Source: Candidatus Methylomirabilia bacterium (GTDB lineage Bacteria > Methylomirabilota > Methylomirabilia > Rokubacteriales > CSP1-6). From it: a DNA stretch of 28,255 nt. Under the pieces are notes generated by a model. The model saw only the letters and a list, made by a program, of their open reading frames with translations. It searched no databases and was not told the DNA's origin. A program made the translations under genes and the position numbers. Numbering within the stretch: the stretch's first letter is position 1; the number at the start of each line of letters is the position of its first letter. Positions 17,560-27,640 of the stretch are shown one piece after another. The stretch is from contig JBGQHJ010000056.1 in assembly GCA_041497895.1 (NCBI GenBank), positions 1 through 28,255 on the forward strand, given 5' to 3'.

Positions 17560-19094
17560 CCGCACCCGCCCTCGAGCTCGAGGTGGTCGGCCTCACCAAG
17601 CGCTTCGGGACCTTCACCGCCCTCGACGACGTCTCGTTCCGCGTGGCCGCGGGATCGTTCCACACCCTCCTCGGCGAGAACGGCGCGGGCAAGAGCACCC
17701 TCGTGAAGTGCGTGGTGGGCTACCAGCGGCCCGACGCGGGCGCGGTCCTCGTCGGGCGCCGGGAGCGGGAGATCCGCTCCCCCGCCGACGCCCACGCCCT
17801 CGGCATCGGCATGGTCTACCAGCACTTCACGCTGGTGCCGAGCATGACGGTGGCGGAGAACCTGGTGATGGCGCGCGACGACGTGCCCCTGCGCGTCCAG
17901 TGGCGACGCGAGCGCGAGCGGCTCGCCGCCTTCATGACCACCGTCCCCTTCGCCCTCGATCTCGACCGCCCGGTGTGGCAGCTCGCCGCCGGCGAGAAGC
18001 AGAAGGTCGAGATCCTCAAGCTGCTCTACCTCCGCCGGCGCCTCGTCATCCTCGACGAGCCGACGTCCGTCCTCACGCCCGCCGAGGCCGACGAGGTGCT
18101 CGGCATGCTGCAGGCCATGGCCCGGGCCGGCCTGGTGACCGTGCTCATGATCACCCACAAGTTCCGCGAGGTCATGGCGTTCGCCGACGCGGTGTCGGTG
18201 CTGCGCCGGGGCCGGCTCGCCGGCCAAGGCCGGGTGGCCGAGCTGGTGCCCGCGCGCCTGGCCGAGATGATGGTGGGCGCCCGGGAGATCCCCGGGGCCC
18301 ACGCCCAGCGCATGAACGGGTGGGACCCGGGCCGGGCGGCGCGCCTGGTCATCGACGGGCTCGTGGTCGAGGACGACGCCGGGCTCGTCGCGGTGGACCA
18401 CGTCTCCCTCGCGGTGCGCCCGGGCGAGATCGTGGGCATCGCCGGCGTCTCCGGCAATGGCCAGCGCGAGCTCGTCGAGGCCCTCATCGGCCAGCGCGAG
18501 CCCGCCGCCGGTGCGGTCGGCGTGGACGGCCGGCCCTACCGCGCCACGCGGGGAGCCATCCGCTTCCACGGCGCGTTCAGCCTGCCCGAGGAGCCTTTTC
18601 GCAACGCCTGCGTGCCCGGGATGACGGTGGCCGAGAACATGGCCCTGCGCAACTTCGACCGGCCGCCGCTCGCCGTCGGCCCGTGGCTCCGGTGGGGCGC
18701 CCTGCGCGCCCAGGCCGCGCGGTGGATCGCCGAGTTCAAGGTGAAGGCGGCGGGGCCCGACGCGCCCATGGCCACGCTCTCCGGCGGCAACGTGCAGCGC
18801 GCGGTGCTGGCGCGCGAGCTGTCCGAGTCGGTGTCGGTGCTGATCGTGGCCAACCCGGTGTTCGGGCTCGACTTCGCCGCGGTGGCCGAGATCCACGACC
18901 GCATCCTCGCGGCGCGGAACGCGGGGGCGGCGGTGCTCCTGGTCAGCGAGGACCTCGACGAGATCCTCGCCCTGTCCGATCGGGTGGTGGTGATGTCGGG
19001 CGGGCGCATCGTGCACGAGACGCCCATCGGCGCCGCCGACATCGCGGTGATCGGGCCCGCCATGGCGGGCCACCACCCCGCGGCGGCCGGCTGA
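17556..19094 (+). CDS. ABC transporter ATP-binding protein with two NBDs (CUT2-type)
   Basis: GTG overlaps the biuH stop. Walker [16 protein letters not shown], second domain GVSGNGQ, LSGGN and LLVSEDLDE. Confidence 0.92.
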   Translation: MTAPALELEVVGLTKRFGTFTALDDVSFRVAAGSFHTLLGENGAGKSTLVKCVVGYQRPDAGAVLVGRREREIRSPADAHALGIGMVYQHFTLVPSMTVAENLVMARDDVPLRVQWRRERERLAAFMTTVPFALDLDRPVWQLAAGEKQKVEILKLLYLRRRLVILDEPTSVLTPAEADEVLGMLQAMARAGLVTVLMITHKFREVMAFADAVSVLRRGRLAGQGRVAELVPARLAEMMVGAREIPGAHAQRMNGWDPGRAARLVIDGLVVEDDAGLVAVDHVSLAVRPGEIVGIAGVSGNGQRELVEALIGQREPAAGAVGVDGRPYRATRGAIRFHGAFSLPEEPFRNACVPGMTVAENMALRNFDRPPLAVGPWLRWGALRAQAARWIAEFKVKAAGPDAPMATLSGGNVQRAVLARELSESVSVLIVANPVFGLDFAAVAEIHDRILAARNAGAAVLLVSEDLDEILALSDRVVVMSGGRIVHETPIGAADIAVIGPAMAGHHPAAAG

Positions 19095-19103
19095 GGGCGC
19101 GTC

Positions 19104-19784
19104 GTGCCCGAGATCGCCGCCCGCCCGTACGCGTACGCGTTCGAGGTGCCGAGCACCGCGCTCGTGGTCATCGACATGCAGCGCGACTTCGTCGAGCGCG
19201 GCGGGTTCGGCGAGGCCCTCGGCAACGACGTGAGCCGGCTCGGCGCCATCGTGCCCACCGTGGCCGAGCTCATCGGCTGGTGCCGGGCGCGGGGCATCCG
19301 CGTCCTGCACACGCGGGAGGGGCACCGGCCCGATCTCGCCGACTGCCCGCCCGCCAAGCTGCGCCGTGGCGCGCCCGCCCTCCGGATCGGGGCCGTGGGG
19401 CCGATGGGCCGGATCCTGGTCGCCGGCGAGCCGGGCAACGACATCGTCCCCGCGTGCGCCCCCCGCGCCGGCGAGACCGTGATCGTCAAGCCCGGCAAGG
19501 GCGCCTTCTGGGCCACGCCGCTCGACGGCCTCCTGCGGGGCCAGGGCATCACGCACCTCCTCCTCGCCGGCGTCACCACCGAGGTGTGCGTGCAGACCAC
19601 GATGCGGGAGGCCAACGACCGGGGCTACGAGTGCCTGCTGGTGGAGGACGCCACCGAGAGCTACTTCGCCGCCTTCAAGGCGGCCACGCTCGAGATGGTG
19701 CGCGCGCAGGGCGGCATCGTGGGCTGGACCGCGCCCTTCGCCTCGGTGCGCGCCGCGCTTCCCGACCCTCCCGGAGCGTGCTAG
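19104..19784 (+). CDS. trtA: Triuret hydrolase (isochorismatase-like cysteine hydrolase)
   Basis: Triad IDMQ / KPGKG / TTEVC. TrtA-type discriminating residues [19 protein letters not shown] and QGGIVGW, where BiuH has Y/M/Y, D, T and V. Confidence 0.85.
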   Translation: MPEIAARPYAYAFEVPSTALVVIDMQRDFVERGGFGEALGNDVSRLGAIVPTVAELIGWCRARGIRVLHTREGHRPDLADCPPAKLRRGAPALRIGAVGPMGRILVAGEPGNDIVPACAPRAGETVIVKPGKGAFWATPLDGLLRGQGITHLLLAGVTTEVCVQTTMREANDRGYECLLVEDATESYFAAFKAATLEMVRAQGGIVGWTAPFASVRAALPDPPGAC

Positions 19785-19824
19785 ACTCCCGCGCATTCCA
19801 CCGCCCGAGAGGGGAGAATCGGCC

Positions 19825-21012
19825 ATGAGCCTTCGCGTGGGTGTGTCCGTCTCGATGATCGCCATCGTGGTCCTGTGCTGCGCCATGATCGGGCTCGCCG
19901 CCGACCCCCCGATCCCGATCGGCGTCTCGGTGGCCCAGACCGGCCCGGTCGCCCTCGCGGGCCAGGAGCAGGTGCTCGGCGCCCAGATCGCCGAGGAGTA
20001 CTTCAACAAGCACGGCGGGGTGAACGGCCGCCCGATCAAGCTGGTCTTCCAGGACGGGGGCAGCGACGAGCCCACCGCCATCAACGCCTTCCAGAACCTG
20101 ATCAACGTGGCCAAGGTCGTGGGGATCATGGGCCCGAGCCTGTCCCAGCAGGCGTTCGCGGCCGATCCCTTCGCGGTCCGGGCCAAGGTGCCGGTCATCG
20201 GGCCGTCGAACACCGCCAAGGGCATCGCCCAGATCGGCGAGTTCGTCTCCCGGGTGTCGGCGCCGGTGGCCATCGTCGCCCCCAACGCGGTCAAGGCGGC
20301 GATGGAGATCAACCGAGATCTGAAGAAGGTCGCGGTGCTGTACGCCCAGAACGACGCTTTCAACAAGTCGGAGACCGAGACGTTCCAGCAGGCGGTGAAG
20401 GATCTGAAGCTGGACCTGGCCACGGTGCAGACCTTCCAGACCACCGACACCGACTTCACCGCGCAGATCACCAACGTGCTGAACGTGAAGCCGGACCTGG
20501 TGATCATCTCCGGCCTGCAGGTGGACGGGGCCAATCTGGTGAAGCAGCTGCGCGACCTGGGCTACAAGGGCCTGATCGTGGGCGGCAACGGGGTGAACAC
20601 CGCCGCGATCTTCCCGATCTGCAAGGCCAAGTGCGACGGCATCCTGATCGCGCAGGCCTACAGCCCGGCGTACAAGAGCAAGATCAACGACGAGTTCAAG
20701 TCGGTGTACAAGGACAAGCAGAAGAAGGATCCGCCGCAGTTCAGCGCCCAGGCCTTCACCGGCATCCAGGTGTTCGTGGAGGCGCTGCGCGCGCTCGACA
20801 AGAAGTCGCCGATCGCCAAGATGGACCTGGCCGCGCTCCGCGTCGAGCTGAACAAGCAGCTCATCTCCGGCACCTACGACACCCCGCTGGGGGAGATCTC
20901 GTTCACGACCGGTCCCGGCATGGGCGGCGAGATCGTCCAGAAGCAGTCGTACGTGGCGCAGATCAAGATGGACCCCGACGGCACCAAGGGCACGTTCGTC
21001 TTCGTCAAGTAG
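19825..21012 (+). CDS. Liv/HAAT-family ABC transporter substrate-binding protein
   Basis: Signal peptide, then IPIGVSVAQTG, GGVNGRPIKL, GPSLSQQA, TDTDFTAQIT and PDLVIISG. Confidence 0.9.
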   Translation: MSLRVGVSVSMIAIVVLCCAMIGLAADPPIPIGVSVAQTGPVALAGQEQVLGAQIAEEYFNKHGGVNGRPIKLVFQDGGSDEPTAINAFQNLINVAKVVGIMGPSLSQQAFAADPFAVRAKVPVIGPSNTAKGIAQIGEFVSRVSAPVAIVAPNAVKAAMEINRDLKKVAVLYAQNDAFNKSETETFQQAVKDLKLDLATVQTFQTTDTDFTAQITNVLNVKPDLVIISGLQVDGANLVKQLRDLGYKGLIVGGNGVNTAAIFPICKAKCDGILIAQAYSPAYKSKINDEFKSVYKDKQKKDPPQFSAQAFTGIQVFVEALRALDKKSPIAKMDLAALRVELNKQLISGTYDTPLGEISFTTGPGMGGEIVQKQSYVAQIKMDPDGTKGTFVFVK

Positions 21013-21959
21013 TGAACCGGACGTTCCTGCTCCAGCAGGTGCTGAACGGCCTCGCCATCGGCAGCGTGTACGCCATCTTCGCCCTCGGCTACACGCTGAT
21101 CTTCTCCGTGCTCCGCATCATCAACTTCACCCACGGGGCCATCTTCACCATCGGGGCCTACGCGACCTACGCGCTGACCGGGTCGCAGTTCGGCATCAAC
21201 GGGCTGCTCGCCGGCGCCACCCTGCCGTTCGCGCTGCCGTTCGTCCTGGCCCTGCTCGGGGGCTCGGTGGTCGCGGCCGTGTCCGGGGTGATCGTCGAGC
21301 GCCTCGCGTTCCGGCCGCTGCGCGCGCGCGGCGCCGATCCGCTGCTCACCCTGGTCTCGAGCCTCGGGGTGGCCGTCGCCCTCGTCAACATCACCCAGTA
21401 TCTGTTCGGGGCCGAGCCCTACTCCTATCCCGATCCCCTCCAGGGGCTGCCGACCGCGATGAACTTCGGCACCGCGGCCGCGCCGGTCCTCGTGCGCACC
21501 GTCCAGGTGGTCATCTTCGGCGTGTCGATGGTGATGCTGGTGCTGCTCACGTACCTCATGAACGCGACCCGCACCGGCAAGGCGCTGCGGGCGATGGCCG
21601 AGGACATGACCACGTCGAGCCTGCTCGGCATCGATACCGACCGCCTGGTCTTGTTGACGTTCGTGATCAGCGGCTTCCTCGGGGGCGTGACCGGGACCCT
21701 GATCGGGCTCAGCGTCGGGGTGGCCGGCCCGTACTTCGGGATCGCCTTCGGGCTCAAGGGCCTGGCCGTGATCGTGCTCGGGGGCCTGGGCGACGTCCCG
21801 GGTGCGGTGGTCGGGGGCCTCGTCATCGGGCTCGCGGAGGCGTTCGTGCCCGCGCAGTACATCGCCTATCGCGAGGCGGTGCCGTTCGCGCTGCTGTTCG
21901 TCGTGCTGCTGGTCCGGCCCCAGGGGCTGCTCGGCCGCGCCCAGGCGCAGAAAGTCTAG
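21012..21959 (+). CDS. livH: Branched-chain amino acid-type ABC permease (LivH-like)
   Basis: GTG shares the G of the upstream TAG. Motifs NGLAIGSVYAIFALGYTL, INFTHG, GKALRA, VIVLGGLG and LLVRPQGL. Confidence 0.88.
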   Translation: MNRTFLLQQVLNGLAIGSVYAIFALGYTLIFSVLRIINFTHGAIFTIGAYATYALTGSQFGINGLLAGATLPFALPFVLALLGGSVVAAVSGVIVERLAFRPLRARGADPLLTLVSSLGVAVALVNITQYLFGAEPYSYPDPLQGLPTAMNFGTAAAPVLVRTVQVVIFGVSMVMLVLLTYLMNATRTGKALRAMAEDMTTSSLLGIDTDRLVLLTFVISGFLGGVTGTLIGLSVGVAGPYFGIAFGLKGLAVIVLGGLGDVPGAVVGGLVIGLAEAFVPAQYIAYREAVPFALLFVVLLVRPQGLLGRAQAQKV

Positions 21960-21965
21960 GCCCGC

Positions 21966-22901
21966 GTGGCCAGCTTCCTCGCGACCTACGACTTCCTGCT
22001 GGTCTCGATGGTCCTCGCGGCGGTCCTGGCCCTGACCCTCTACCTGCCGCTGATGGCGGGACAGCTCTCGGTGGCGAGCCCGGGCTTCTACGCCCTCGGC
22101 GGCTACATCGCGGCGATCATGTCGACCAAGATCTTCCCGCCCGGCCCCGGCCTCTATCCGGTCTCGCTGGTGCTGCTCGAGATGGCGGTCGCGGCGGTGG
22201 TCTCGGGCGCCCTCGGCCTCGTGGTGGGGGTGCCCGCGCTCCGGCTGCGCGGCATCTTCCTGGCGCTGGCCACCATCGCGTTCGTGCAGATCCTGGGGGT
22301 GGTGGCGCTCAATCTGCAGATCACCGGGGGCGCGATCGGTATCTTCGGGATCCCGCAGCCGTTCGCGGACCCGATCCAGTACATGTGGCTGGCGGTGCCG
22401 CTGCTCCTGGTGTCGATGCTGTTCGTCGCGCGGCTCGAGCGCACCCGGACCGGGCGCGCGCTGATCGCGCTGCGCGAGGACGAGCTGGCCGCCGCCGCCA
22501 TGGGGGTGAACCCGACCTATCACAAGGTGCTCGCGTTCACGACGAGCGCGGTGCTGGCCGGCGCGGTCGGGGCGGACAGCGCGCACTTCATCAACACGTG
22601 GAACTCGCGGCAGGGGACGTTCGACACCAGCGTCAACCTGATGGCCTTCGTGCTGGTGGGCGGGTCGCGCACCTTCGTGGGCCCGGTGGTGGGCGGGCTC
22701 GTGCTCACCGCGCTGCCCGAGGCGCTGCGCGGGATCGCCGGCGTGGGCGTGCTGCCCGGATGGCTTGCCGAGTTCCTTCGCGACGGGCGGCTGATCATCT
22801 TCGGGGTCCTCATCGCGGTCGGCACCGTGTTCTTCCCCCAGGGGCTCATCACCCCCGGCCTCCTCCGGCGTCTCGCCCGGCGACGGGCGCGCGCCAGATG
22901 A
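21966..22901 (+). CDS. livM: Branched-chain amino acid-type ABC permease (LivM-like)
   Basis: GQLS, LRLRGIFLALATIAF, ITGG, GRALIALREDELAA and LPEALR. Confidence 0.88.
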   Translation: MASFLATYDFLLVSMVLAAVLALTLYLPLMAGQLSVASPGFYALGGYIAAIMSTKIFPPGPGLYPVSLVLLEMAVAAVVSGALGLVVGVPALRLRGIFLALATIAFVQILGVVALNLQITGGAIGIFGIPQPFADPIQYMWLAVPLLLVSMLFVARLERTRTGRALIALREDELAAAAMGVNPTYHKVLAFTTSAVLAGAVGADSAHFINTWNSRQGTFDTSVNLMAFVLVGGSRTFVGPVVGGLVLTALPEALRGIAGVGVLPGWLAEFLRDGRLIIFGVLIAVGTVFFPQGLITPGLLRRLARRRARAR

Positions 22902-23706
22902 GCGTCGCGCCCGCGGCGGCTCCCGGCGCCCCGGCCGCGCCCGGCGCGGACCTGCTCGTGGTGGACCGGGTCACCTGCCAGTTCGGCGGGGTCACCGCGG
23001 TCAACGCGGTCTCGTTCGCGGTGGCGCGGGGCGAGCTGTTCGGCCTGATCGGGCCCAACGGGGCCGGCAAGACCACGCTCTTCAACCTCATCACCGGGCT
23101 CACCGCCCCGGGCGGCGGGCACCTGCGCTACCGGGGCGAGGACATCACCGGGCTGCCGCCCCACCGGGTGGCCGAGCGCGGGATCGCCCGCACCTTCCAG
23201 AACGTGCGGCTCTTCGGCGAGCTGTCCGCGCTCGACAACGTGATGATCGCGCGCCACGTGCGCACCCGGAGCGGGCTCGTGAGCGGCGTGCTCGGCCTGG
23301 GCTCGGCACGGCGGGAGGAGCGCGAGACGCGCGAGCGGGCGACCGCCCTCCTCGCCCTGGTCGGGCTCGCCGACCGGCCCGAGGAGCGCGCCCGCAACTT
23401 CGCCTACGGCGACCAGCGGAGGCTCGAGATCGCCCGCGCGCTGGCCCTCGAGCCGGAGCTGCTCCTGCTCGACGAGCCGGCGGCGGGCATGAACGCGGGC
23501 GAGAAGCGCGCGCTGAGCGATCTCATCCGCAGCGTCCGGGCCCGCCTGAGCCTGACCGTGCTGCTGATCGAGCACTACGTGCCGCTGGTCATGAACCTCT
23601 GCGATCGCATCGCGGTGCTCAACTTCGGCCAGCTCATCGCCCTGGGCCCGCCCGCCCTAGTGCAGAAGCACCCCGCGGTGGTCGAGGCCTACCTGGGCGA
23701 CAGTCC

Positions 23707-23710
<4 letters not shown>
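22898..23710 (+). CDS. livG: ABC ATP-binding protein (LivG-like)
   Basis: ATG overlaps the livM stop. Motifs GPNGAGKTT, IARTFQN, YGDQRRLEIARAL, LLDEPAAG and EAYLG. Confidence 0.9.
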
Positions 23711-24435
<725 letters not shown>

Positions 24436-24474
24436 GATAGGCGGCCGGACACGATCCGGCGACGGGAGGCCGAT

Positions 24475-25788
24475 ATGGAAGCTCCGGTCAGGTACGCGAG
24501 GAGCGGCGACGTTCACATCGCCTACCGCGTGTTCGGCGACGGGTCGCGCGACATCGTGTTGATCCCCGGTACCCTCTCGCACGTCGAGCTCCTGTGGGAG
24601 GTGCCGGGCAACGAGCACCTGCTCAAGCGGCTCACCGCCTTCGCGCGGGTGATCGTGTTCGACAAGCGCGGACAGGGACTCTCCGACCGGGTCGCGGAGC
24701 AGACGCTCGAGGAGCGGACCGGCGACGTGCGCGCGGTGATGGACGCGGCGGGCTCGGAGCGCGCGACCATCTACGGCTGGTCGGAGGGCGGCCCGATGTG
24801 CTTGATGTTCGCCGCCACGTATCCGGAGCGAACGTCGGCCCTCGTGCTGTACGGGACCTTCGCCTCGATGAGGAGCGAGCCCTGGGGGGTGACGCGCGAC
24901 ACGTTCGATCAGTTCCTCGGCCAGCTGGACAGCCACTGGGGCGAGGGCGTCCTGGTCCTGCTCAACGCCCCGAGTCGGCGCAACGACCAGGCCTTTCTCC
25001 AGCGGTTTGCCCGGATCGAGCGGGCCGCCGCGAGTCCCGGGGCCATCCTCGCGCTGATCCGGGCCGATTACGAGATCGACGTCCGTCATCTCCTGCCCGC
25101 CATCCGGGTGCCGACCCTGATCCTCCATCGCGCGGGCGACGAGCTCGTTCCGGTGCGAGCGGGCCGCTACCTGGCCGAGCACATCCCCGGGGCCAGGTAC
25201 GCGGAGATTCCCGGCACCGATCATCTGGTGCTCGATCAGGAGACGCAGGACATCATCGCGGACCAGATCGAGGAGTTCATGACCGGCGAGCGACGCCGGC
25301 TGGAGCCGGATCGGGTGCTGGCCACCGTGATGTTCACCGACATCGTCGGATCCACCCAGCGGGCCGCCGAGGTCGGGGACGGGCGGTGGCGCGAGCTGCG
25401 CGGCAACTGGCACACCGTGATGCGCAAGGAGCTGGCCGCGTTTCGGGGTCGCGAGGTGGACACCGCGGGTGACGGGCTGCTCGCCACGTTCGACGGCCCG
25501 GCCCGGGCGATCCGGTGCGCGTGCTCGGTGCGGGAGCGGGTGCGCGCGCTCGGGCTCCAGGTTCGCACCGGGCTGCACACCGGCGAGTGCGAGCTGGCGG
25601 GGGACGGCGTGGTCGGCATCGCGGTGCATATCGGCGCCCGCGTCGCGGCGCTGGCCGGTCCGGACGAGGTGCTCGTGTCCAGCACGGTGAGAGATCTGGT
25701 CGCGGGCTCCGGCCTGCAATTCGTCGATCGCGGCCCGCACAGCCTCAAGGGCGTTCCCGACGAGTGGCGCCTGTTCCTCGTCCAGTAG
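24475..25788 (+). CDS. Alpha/beta hydrolase fused to a class III adenylate/guanylate cyclase domain (LipJ/Rv1900c-like)
   Basis: N-terminal YARSGDVHIAY, FDKRGQGLSD and GWSEGG. C-terminal MFTDIVGST, DTAGDG, GLHTGE, VHIGARV and LKG. GGAGG RBS. Confidence 0.9.
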   Translation: MEAPVRYARSGDVHIAYRVFGDGSRDIVLIPGTLSHVELLWEVPGNEHLLKRLTAFARVIVFDKRGQGLSDRVAEQTLEERTGDVRAVMDAAGSERATIYGWSEGGPMCLMFAATYPERTSALVLYGTFASMRSEPWGVTRDTFDQFLGQLDSHWGEGVLVLLNAPSRRNDQAFLQRFARIERAAASPGAILALIRADYEIDVRHLLPAIRVPTLILHRAGDELVPVRAGRYLAEHIPGARYAEIPGTDHLVLDQETQDIIADQIEEFMTGERRRLEPDRVLATVMFTDIVGSTQRAAEVGDGRWRELRGNWHTVMRKELAAFRGREVDTAGDGLLATFDGPARAIRCACSVRERVRALGLQVRTGLHTGECELAGDGVVGIAVHIGARVAALAGPDEVLVSSTVRDLVAGSGLQFVDRGPHSLKGVPDEWRLFLVQ

Positions 25789-25821
25789 AGGGGAGCGCGC
25801 GCCCGGGTCAGGGCGTGGCGT

Positions 25822-26568
25822 TCAGGAGCGCCGCGAGAGCCCCTTGCCGATCATGACCGGCGCCGGCTCGTAGGCGTCGTGTCGCTCGAGCCACTCCATC
25901 GAGTAGGAGAGCCCCGCCTCGTCCCGCCCCTTCGGTACCAGGTCCAGCACCTGGTAGGCGCCGTTCATCATGTCGATGCCTCGCGAGTAGGCCGAATAGG
26001 TGTGGTAGATCGCCCTGGCGTCGTCGCGGTAGAAGACGCTGACGCCGGGGCCCTCGGGGGCCGGGAAGGGTCCGGTGGCGTAGTTGTAGTAGGCCTGCCC
26101 GCTCTCGCGCTCCTCCGGCGTGAACGTCACGTGGAAGTCCCGGTTGAAGTCGTTGGCGAACGAGGAGAGCCACTTGACCCGCCAGCCCATGCGCTTGCGG
26201 TAGGCCTGGATGGTGGCGTAGGGCGCGCGGGAGATGGCCACGAAGCTCACGTCCCGGTGGGCGAGGTGCACGATGACGCCGTCGAGGTTGTCGATCCAGA
26301 ACGAGCAGCTCTTGCAGCCTTCTTCCCAGCTCGGGTCGAACATGAAGTGGTAGACGACGAGCTGGGTCCGACCCTCGAAGAGATCGATGAGCGACTCCTT
26401 CCCCTTCGCTCCGTCGAAGACGTAGTGCTTGTCCACCTTCTCCCACGGCAGCTCGCGCCGCTCCTGGGCGAGCTGGTCGCGCAGGCGCGTGAGCTCCTTC
26501 TCGCGGGCCAGGTGCCGGCGGCGGGCCTCGATCCACTCCTCGTGCGAGACGACTCGGTGTGTAGTCAT
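25822..26568 (-). CDS. DUF899 thioredoxin-like protein
   Basis: VVSHEEW..AR..EKELTR, RRELPW, QLVVYHFMF, GCKSCS, RMGW, GVSVF and YHTYS...GRDE. AGGAG RBS before ATG 26568. Confidence 0.9.
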   Translation of the reverse strand: MTTHRVVSHEEWIEARRRHLAREKELTRLRDQLAQERRELPWEKVDKHYVFDGAKGKESLIDLFEGRTQLVVYHFMFDPSWEEGCKSCSFWIDNLDGVIVHLAHRDVSFVAISRAPYATIQAYRKRMGWRVKWLSSFANDFNRDFHVTFTPEERESGQAYYNYATGPFPAPEGPGVSVFYRDDARAIYHTYSAYSRGIDMMNGAYQVLDLVPKGRDEAGLSYSMEWLERHDAYEPAPVMIGKGLSRRS

Positions 26569-26578
26569 CGGGAGACTC

Positions 26579-27166
26579 CTATGAGCGACGCGCGCGGGCA
26601 TGGCGGAGCGTCGGCTCCCAGCCGGCCCACCCGTCGGGGAAGAGGTCCAGGAAATGCCAGGCCGGGCAGAAGTCGTCGCCCGGGCTGAAGCCGGTGTCGG
26701 AGACGCGGACGATGCCGTCGCGGGTGCGACGGAACGCGGAGACGCCGGGCAGGCAGCGGCCGTCGCGCGTGACGTAGCCCATGTCGGCGGCGAAGGTCGT
26801 GCCCTGGTGGCTCACCATGGGGAAGCGCCACCCGCGCGAGCGCGCGAAGCGGCGCTGCACCGCGGGCGGGTCCGGGCTCGTGACCACGAGGGCGGCGCGC
26901 GTGGCCAGGTGCGGGTAAAGGCCGTTGAAGCCGTCGGCCCAGAGCGTGCAGTTGGGGCAGTGCGTGCCCATGTTGTGGATGACGATCAGGTCCCGCCTGC
27001 CGCCGAAGAGCTGCGAGAGGCGGACGGGGCCCCGGGTGGACGCGAAGGTGTAGTCGTCCACCGACTGGGGCTCGACACGGTGCTGGACGTCGCGCATGCG
27101 CCGGCGCAGCGAGGCGATGCGCTTGCGATAGGTCGCGAGCCGTCGGGATCCCTCGCGGTATCTCAT
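26579..27166 (-). CDS. Second, divergent DUF899-like protein
   Basis: ATG overlaps the arsR stop. Motifs DYTF, VRLSQLFG, IHNMG, CPNCTLWADGFNG, RGWRF, PGVSAF and FSPGDDFC. Confidence 0.82.
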   Translation of the reverse strand: MRYREGSRRLATYRKRIASLRRRMRDVQHRVEPQSVDDYTFASTRGPVRLSQLFGGRRDLIVIHNMGTHCPNCTLWADGFNGLYPHLATRAALVVTSPDPPAVQRRFARSRGWRFPMVSHQGTTFAADMGYVTRDGRCLPGVSAFRRTRDGIVRVSDTGFSPGDDFCPAWHFLDLFPDGWAGWEPTLRHARARRS

Positions 27167-27591
27167 CGCGGGCTCCGTGTCGCCCTCGGCTTCCGGCCGG
27201 CGGGCCGCGGCCGCCCGCGCCCGCGCTCGAGCGTCTTGACCCAGCCCGCCAGGGCGTCGAACTGCGCCTGCCAGTACCGGCTGTACTCGTTGATCCACGC
27301 CGCGGCCGCGAACATCGGGCCCACCTCCAGGCGGCAGCGCGCGATGCGCCCGGTGCGCTCCTGCTCCACGAGGCCCGCCTGGACCAGGACCTGGACGTGC
27401 CGCGACACCGCCTGCAGCGAGATGTCGAAGGGGGCGGCGACCTCGGAGACGAGCTGATGCCCCTGGCCGAGCCGCTTCAGGATGGCGCGGCGGACCGGAT
27501 CGGACAGCGCGAAGAACACGCGGTCGAGCAGCTCCTCGTGGGGGTTCTCGACCTCGTCGGCGAACGGCAGAGGCCTCCGGGTGGTCTCCAT
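27163..27591 (-). CDS. ArsR/SmtB-family transcriptional regulator
   Basis: LDRVFFALSDPVRRAIL, ISLQAVSRHVQVL..AGLV, GR...CRL and YWQAQFDAL. Confidence 0.9.
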   Translation of the reverse strand: METTRRPLPFADEVENPHEELLDRVFFALSDPVRRAILKRLGQGHQLVSEVAAPFDISLQAVSRHVQVLVQAGLVEQERTGRIARCRLEVGPMFAAAAWINEYSRYWQAQFDALAGWVKTLERGRGRPRPAGRKPRATRSPR

Positions 27592-27598
27592 GCCGCGC

Positions 27599-27640
27599 AG
27601 ATTATCAACGTATCAGTTGATAGTCAACTGGTAGATTGAC
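27599..27640 (-). promoter_or_regulatory. arsR promoter overlapped by tandem palindromic operator boxes
   Basis: AT-rich island with TATCAAC-N6-GTTGATA (27603-27622, perfect) adjacent to GTCAAC-N6-ATTGAC (27623-27640). The minus strand reads TTGACT-N17-TAATCT-N7-ATG. Confidence 0.75.

Noticed and set aside
14824..20534. Very long minus-strand ORFs (913 aa at 14824-17565 and 1024 aa at 17460-20534), and similar ones at 20874-22586 and 23689-25740
   Set aside because: These are antisense shadows of well-supported plus-strand genes. Stop codons are rare at this GC content, and the translations are Arg/Gly/Ala/His-rich with no motifs.
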